This document shows positions 60,724 to 64,000 of a stretch of 64,000 nt of DNA, piece by piece. Each line of letters opens with the position of its first letter. The stretch's first letter is position 1. The stretch is from Malacoraja senta (Eukaryota): positions 62,001-126,000 of the forward strand of contig JAXLNO010000350.1 in the NCBI GenBank assembly GCA_038087875.1, read 5' to 3'. Both the position numbers and the translations under genes were made by a program. The notes under the pieces are model-generated. The model saw nothing but the letters and a program-made list of their open reading frames with translations, was not told the origin of the DNA and ran no database searches.

Positions 60724-62195
60724 TCTATATTACTAAAAGTCTGATCTTGACCACTTCCTGTTCTGTATATTGATTTTAGAAAAAACGCTGCCACGTACGG
60801 CTGTGATTTTTGGCCATCTACTCAGAGTCCCCCTCCGCTGCACAGGACAAGAGGATTTTTCCCATCGATGAAAAATAAGAGTTATTAGTGTTTAAAAAAT
60901 GTTTAGATTCTATCTGCTGAAGGCCACGCTCCTTTCGGAGGGACTATAAAACCCGGAGGTGTTGAGTGCCTCAGTCAGTCTCTGCAAGATGGGGGAATGA
61001 GAGGGTCACGTCTCTCAGTCAGAGCTGTGAGTAACACTGAACACATATCTACTAAACAGTGGTTTTACTGACCCTTAATGTGGTTTGAAAATATATTTTG
61101 GAAATGCTGAAGCTGTGTTTCCTTTGGTTTGGAAATGCTAAAGCTGAGTTACCTTTGGTTTGGAAATGCTAAAGGTGTGTTGTCTTTGGTTTGGAAATGC
61201 TAAAGCTATGTTGCCTTTGGTTTGGAAATGCTTAAGCTGTGTTGCCTTTGGTTTGGAAATGCTAAAACTGTGTTGCCTAATTAAAGTTACCTTTCCTAAT
61301 TAAAGTTGCCTTGCCTAATTAAAGTTGTCTTGCCTTTGGTTTGAAAATGCTAAAGCTGCCTTGCCTAATTAAAGTTGCCTTGCCTAATTAAAGTTGCCTT
61401 GCCTTTGGTTTGAAAACACTAAAGCTGCCTTCCCTAGTTAAAGCTGCCTTGCCTAATTAAAGTTGACTTGCCTAATTAAAGTTGCCTTGCCTTCTGTGTA
61501 ATTAAAAGTAATCATGACCACTTCCCGTTTGCGCTTTATATTGATTTTAGAAAAAATGCTACCACATACAGTGATTTTTGGCCATCTTACTCAGAGTCCC
61601 CCTCAGCTCATCAGGTGCCGAGGATTTTTCCCATCGATGAAAAATAAAAGAGTTATAAGTGTTTAAAAAATGTTGGGATTCTCGCTCCTGTCAATCACGC
61701 CATGAAGGCCACGCCCCTTCTAGTGGGAGTGGGGAGGAACTATAAAACCCAGAAGTGTGGATGTGGCTCAGTCCCTGCAAGATGGAGGAGGGAGAGGTCA
61801 CGACTCGCTGTCTTTAGTGGCCTTGCACCCTGCTTGAAATGGTATGAAACTGCACTTGAATTTGGTGGCCTTGCACCCTGCATGAAATGGTATGAAACTG
61901 CACTTGAATTTGGTGTCCTTGCACCCTGCTTGAAATGGAATTTCAAGGAATAGCCGTGAGTCAACTGCCAGCCCACCAGCCGTGAGTGAGTGAGTTGCCT
62001 GAGCTGCCAGCCCAAGAATCCATTCAGCCCACAATGTCCATACTAGCCCTCTGGAAACCAGTCCTTTCAGCCCACAACACCCACACTAGCGCTCCAGAAC
62101 CCCCCCCCCCCCACTGGCCACCAATATTGGAATTGGTGGAGAGGTGGAATATTGCGTTGGGGGACCAGCCCTCACAACGGTCCCACTTAGTCTAG
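60724..62195 (+). mobile_element. Complete composite non-autonomous Helitron (1,472 bp) with two 5' modules and 31-, 19- and 48-bp internal repeats
   Basis: A|TCTATATTACTAAAAGTCTGATCTTG ... GGTCCCACTTAGTCTAG. No TSD. Empty A|T site in the paralog at 56014/56015. Confidence 0.88.
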
Positions 62196-62514
62196 CCATT
62201 TTATATGTTTCTATAAGATCCCCTATCATCCTTCTAAATTCCAGTGAATACAAGCTCAGTCGACCCATTATTTCATATACTTCTCCGCAACTTTGTACAA
62301 CTCTTCAAAACCCTTTCCAGATCATCTACCATTTTGTACAACCGACCAAAATATTCTCCGAACTCCTGCACAACTCTTGTACAACCGTCCAAAAACTTAC
62401 AACTTTGTACAACAACTTTAAAAACCTTTCACAAGTCGGGCACAATTTTGAATAACTTGTTAAAAACCTTTCCTAACACCTACATAACCGATGAAAAGCT
62501 TTTATGTGAGGATA

Positions 62515-63235
62515 AAAGTAAGCTGCAGGTACAGCAGGCAGTGAAGAAAGCCAATGGCCGTCATAATGAGAAGATTTGAGTTTAGGAGTAAAGAGGTCCT
62601 TCTGTAGTTGTACAGGGCCCTGGTGAGACCACATCTGGAGTAATTTGTGCAGTTTTGGTCTCCTAATTTGAGGAAGGACATCCTTGCTATTGAGGCAGTG
62701 CAGCGTAGGTTTACAAGGTTAATCCCCGGGATGGCGGGGCTCATATGAGAAACGATTGGAAAGACTGCGCTTGTATTCACTGGAAATTATGATGAGAGAG
62801 TGGTCTTATAGAAACACATCAAATTATAAAGGGACTTTATAATTATAATAAAGTTATAATAAATAAAATTAGAAAGGGACTTTATAATAATAAAAATTAT
62901 AAAGCTGGATGCAGGAAAAATGTTCCCAATGTTGGGGGAGTCTGGAACCAGGGGCCACAGTCATAAGTATAAAGGGGAGGCCATTTAAAACTGAGATGAG
63001 AAAAAAAATTCACCCAGAGAGTTGTGAATTTGTGGACTTCTCCGCCACTGAAGGCAGTGGAGGTCAATTCTCTGGATGAATTTAAAAGAGAGTTAGATAT
63101 AGCTCTTGGGAATAGCGGAATCATGGGAAGAAGGCAGGCATGGGTTACTGATTGTGGATAATCAGCCATGATCACAATGAATGATGGTGCTGGCTCGAAG
63201 GGCCAAATGGCCTCCTACTGCACCTATTTTCTATG
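62515..63235 (+). mobile_element. CR1 3' fragment
   Basis: [18 protein letters not shown] sequence through to the GGCTCGAAGGGCC hairpin and tail. Confidence 0.88.
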
Positions 63236-64000
63236 CCCCATCTACATTATTCACTCTATTTATTCCCCTCAACATTTCATGCACTTGTAGGGCTTTTATG
63301 CAATAGTATTTGTGTTATTAATTTATTGTTTTTTTGTTTATTGCATGGTATCTATGTATATTGTGCTAATAGGCCTGTAAATCTGCACTGTAAAAATGTA
63401 ATTGTTCCACTATCAACACGGACATCCTGTGCTGGACTGTTCTATGCTCTATTCTATTCCATAACAAAGGCTATATTCCACAACAATATGCTATATTCTG
63501 TTCTATAATAACTATGATATATAAATTTTCTTATGCAGCAGTATATATGTCAAGGTCATTAGGTCATAATATATATGTCATAAGGTATATGTCATAAGGT
63601 CATAAGTGATCCTTAACTTTGGTGCCGCTGTGGGGTTATTTTGTGTGTGGACTTCTGTGTTTGTGCTTTTTAATTTTTTTATTTTATTTTATTATAATTA
63701 TTATTTTTAATATGTTTATTTATTACTTATTTCTTTTTATGTTACTTGACTGTAAGGAAAATCCATTTCGTTGTCTCTAAAATGAGATAATGACAATAAA
63801 TTGAATACAACAACAACAACAACAAGTGATAGGAATAGAATTATGTCATTCGGCCCATCATGTCACTCTGCCTTTCAATCATGGCTGATCTATCTCCTCC
63901 TGCTAACCCCATTCACCTGCCTTCTCCCTATACCCCTGACACCCATACTAATCAGGAATCTATCTTGCCTTAAAAATATCTGTATTTTGTATGTTTCAAT

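Noticed and set aside
1..64000. Autonomous Helitron RepHel, hAT or P transposase gene
   Set aside because: No such ORF or motif found. Superfamily calls rest on termini and TSDs only.

Overview
Vertebrate genomic DNA, most likely from a cartilaginous fish (skate/ray type). This is inferred from the CR1, V-SINE, Penelope and Rex-Babar repeat mix and from KRAB-less C2H2 genes starting MEDH..GHNKEK. The window is a tandemly duplicated C2H2 zinc-finger gene cluster: finger exons at 13.0, 35.7 and 53.0 kb, and YY1/CCAAT promoter/first-exon modules at 23.5, 48.1 and 56.9 kb. It is buried in nested transposons and has two 200-N gaps. The first 10.5 kb is a ~64-bp satellite with a 3,691-bp higher-order duplication. 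The most striking observation is that this satellite appears to lie inside a non-autonomous Helitron, with a hairpin + CTAG|T end at 11,318-11,346. Relatives of that Helitron occur several times in the window, including a complete copy at 60,724-62,195 with an empty-site paralog, and each carries different internal tandem repeats. Other notable signals: P-element-type excision footprints (28 bp of fused TIRs between 8-bp TSDs), DNA transposons with 5-bp and 7-bp TSDs, Penelope hammerhead motifs, Helitrons stacked into one another's 5' ends, and paralogous fingers diverging mainly in the recognition helix. The many ORFs in the satellite and G/C-rich tracts are artefacts. All calls were made by eye, with no database searches.
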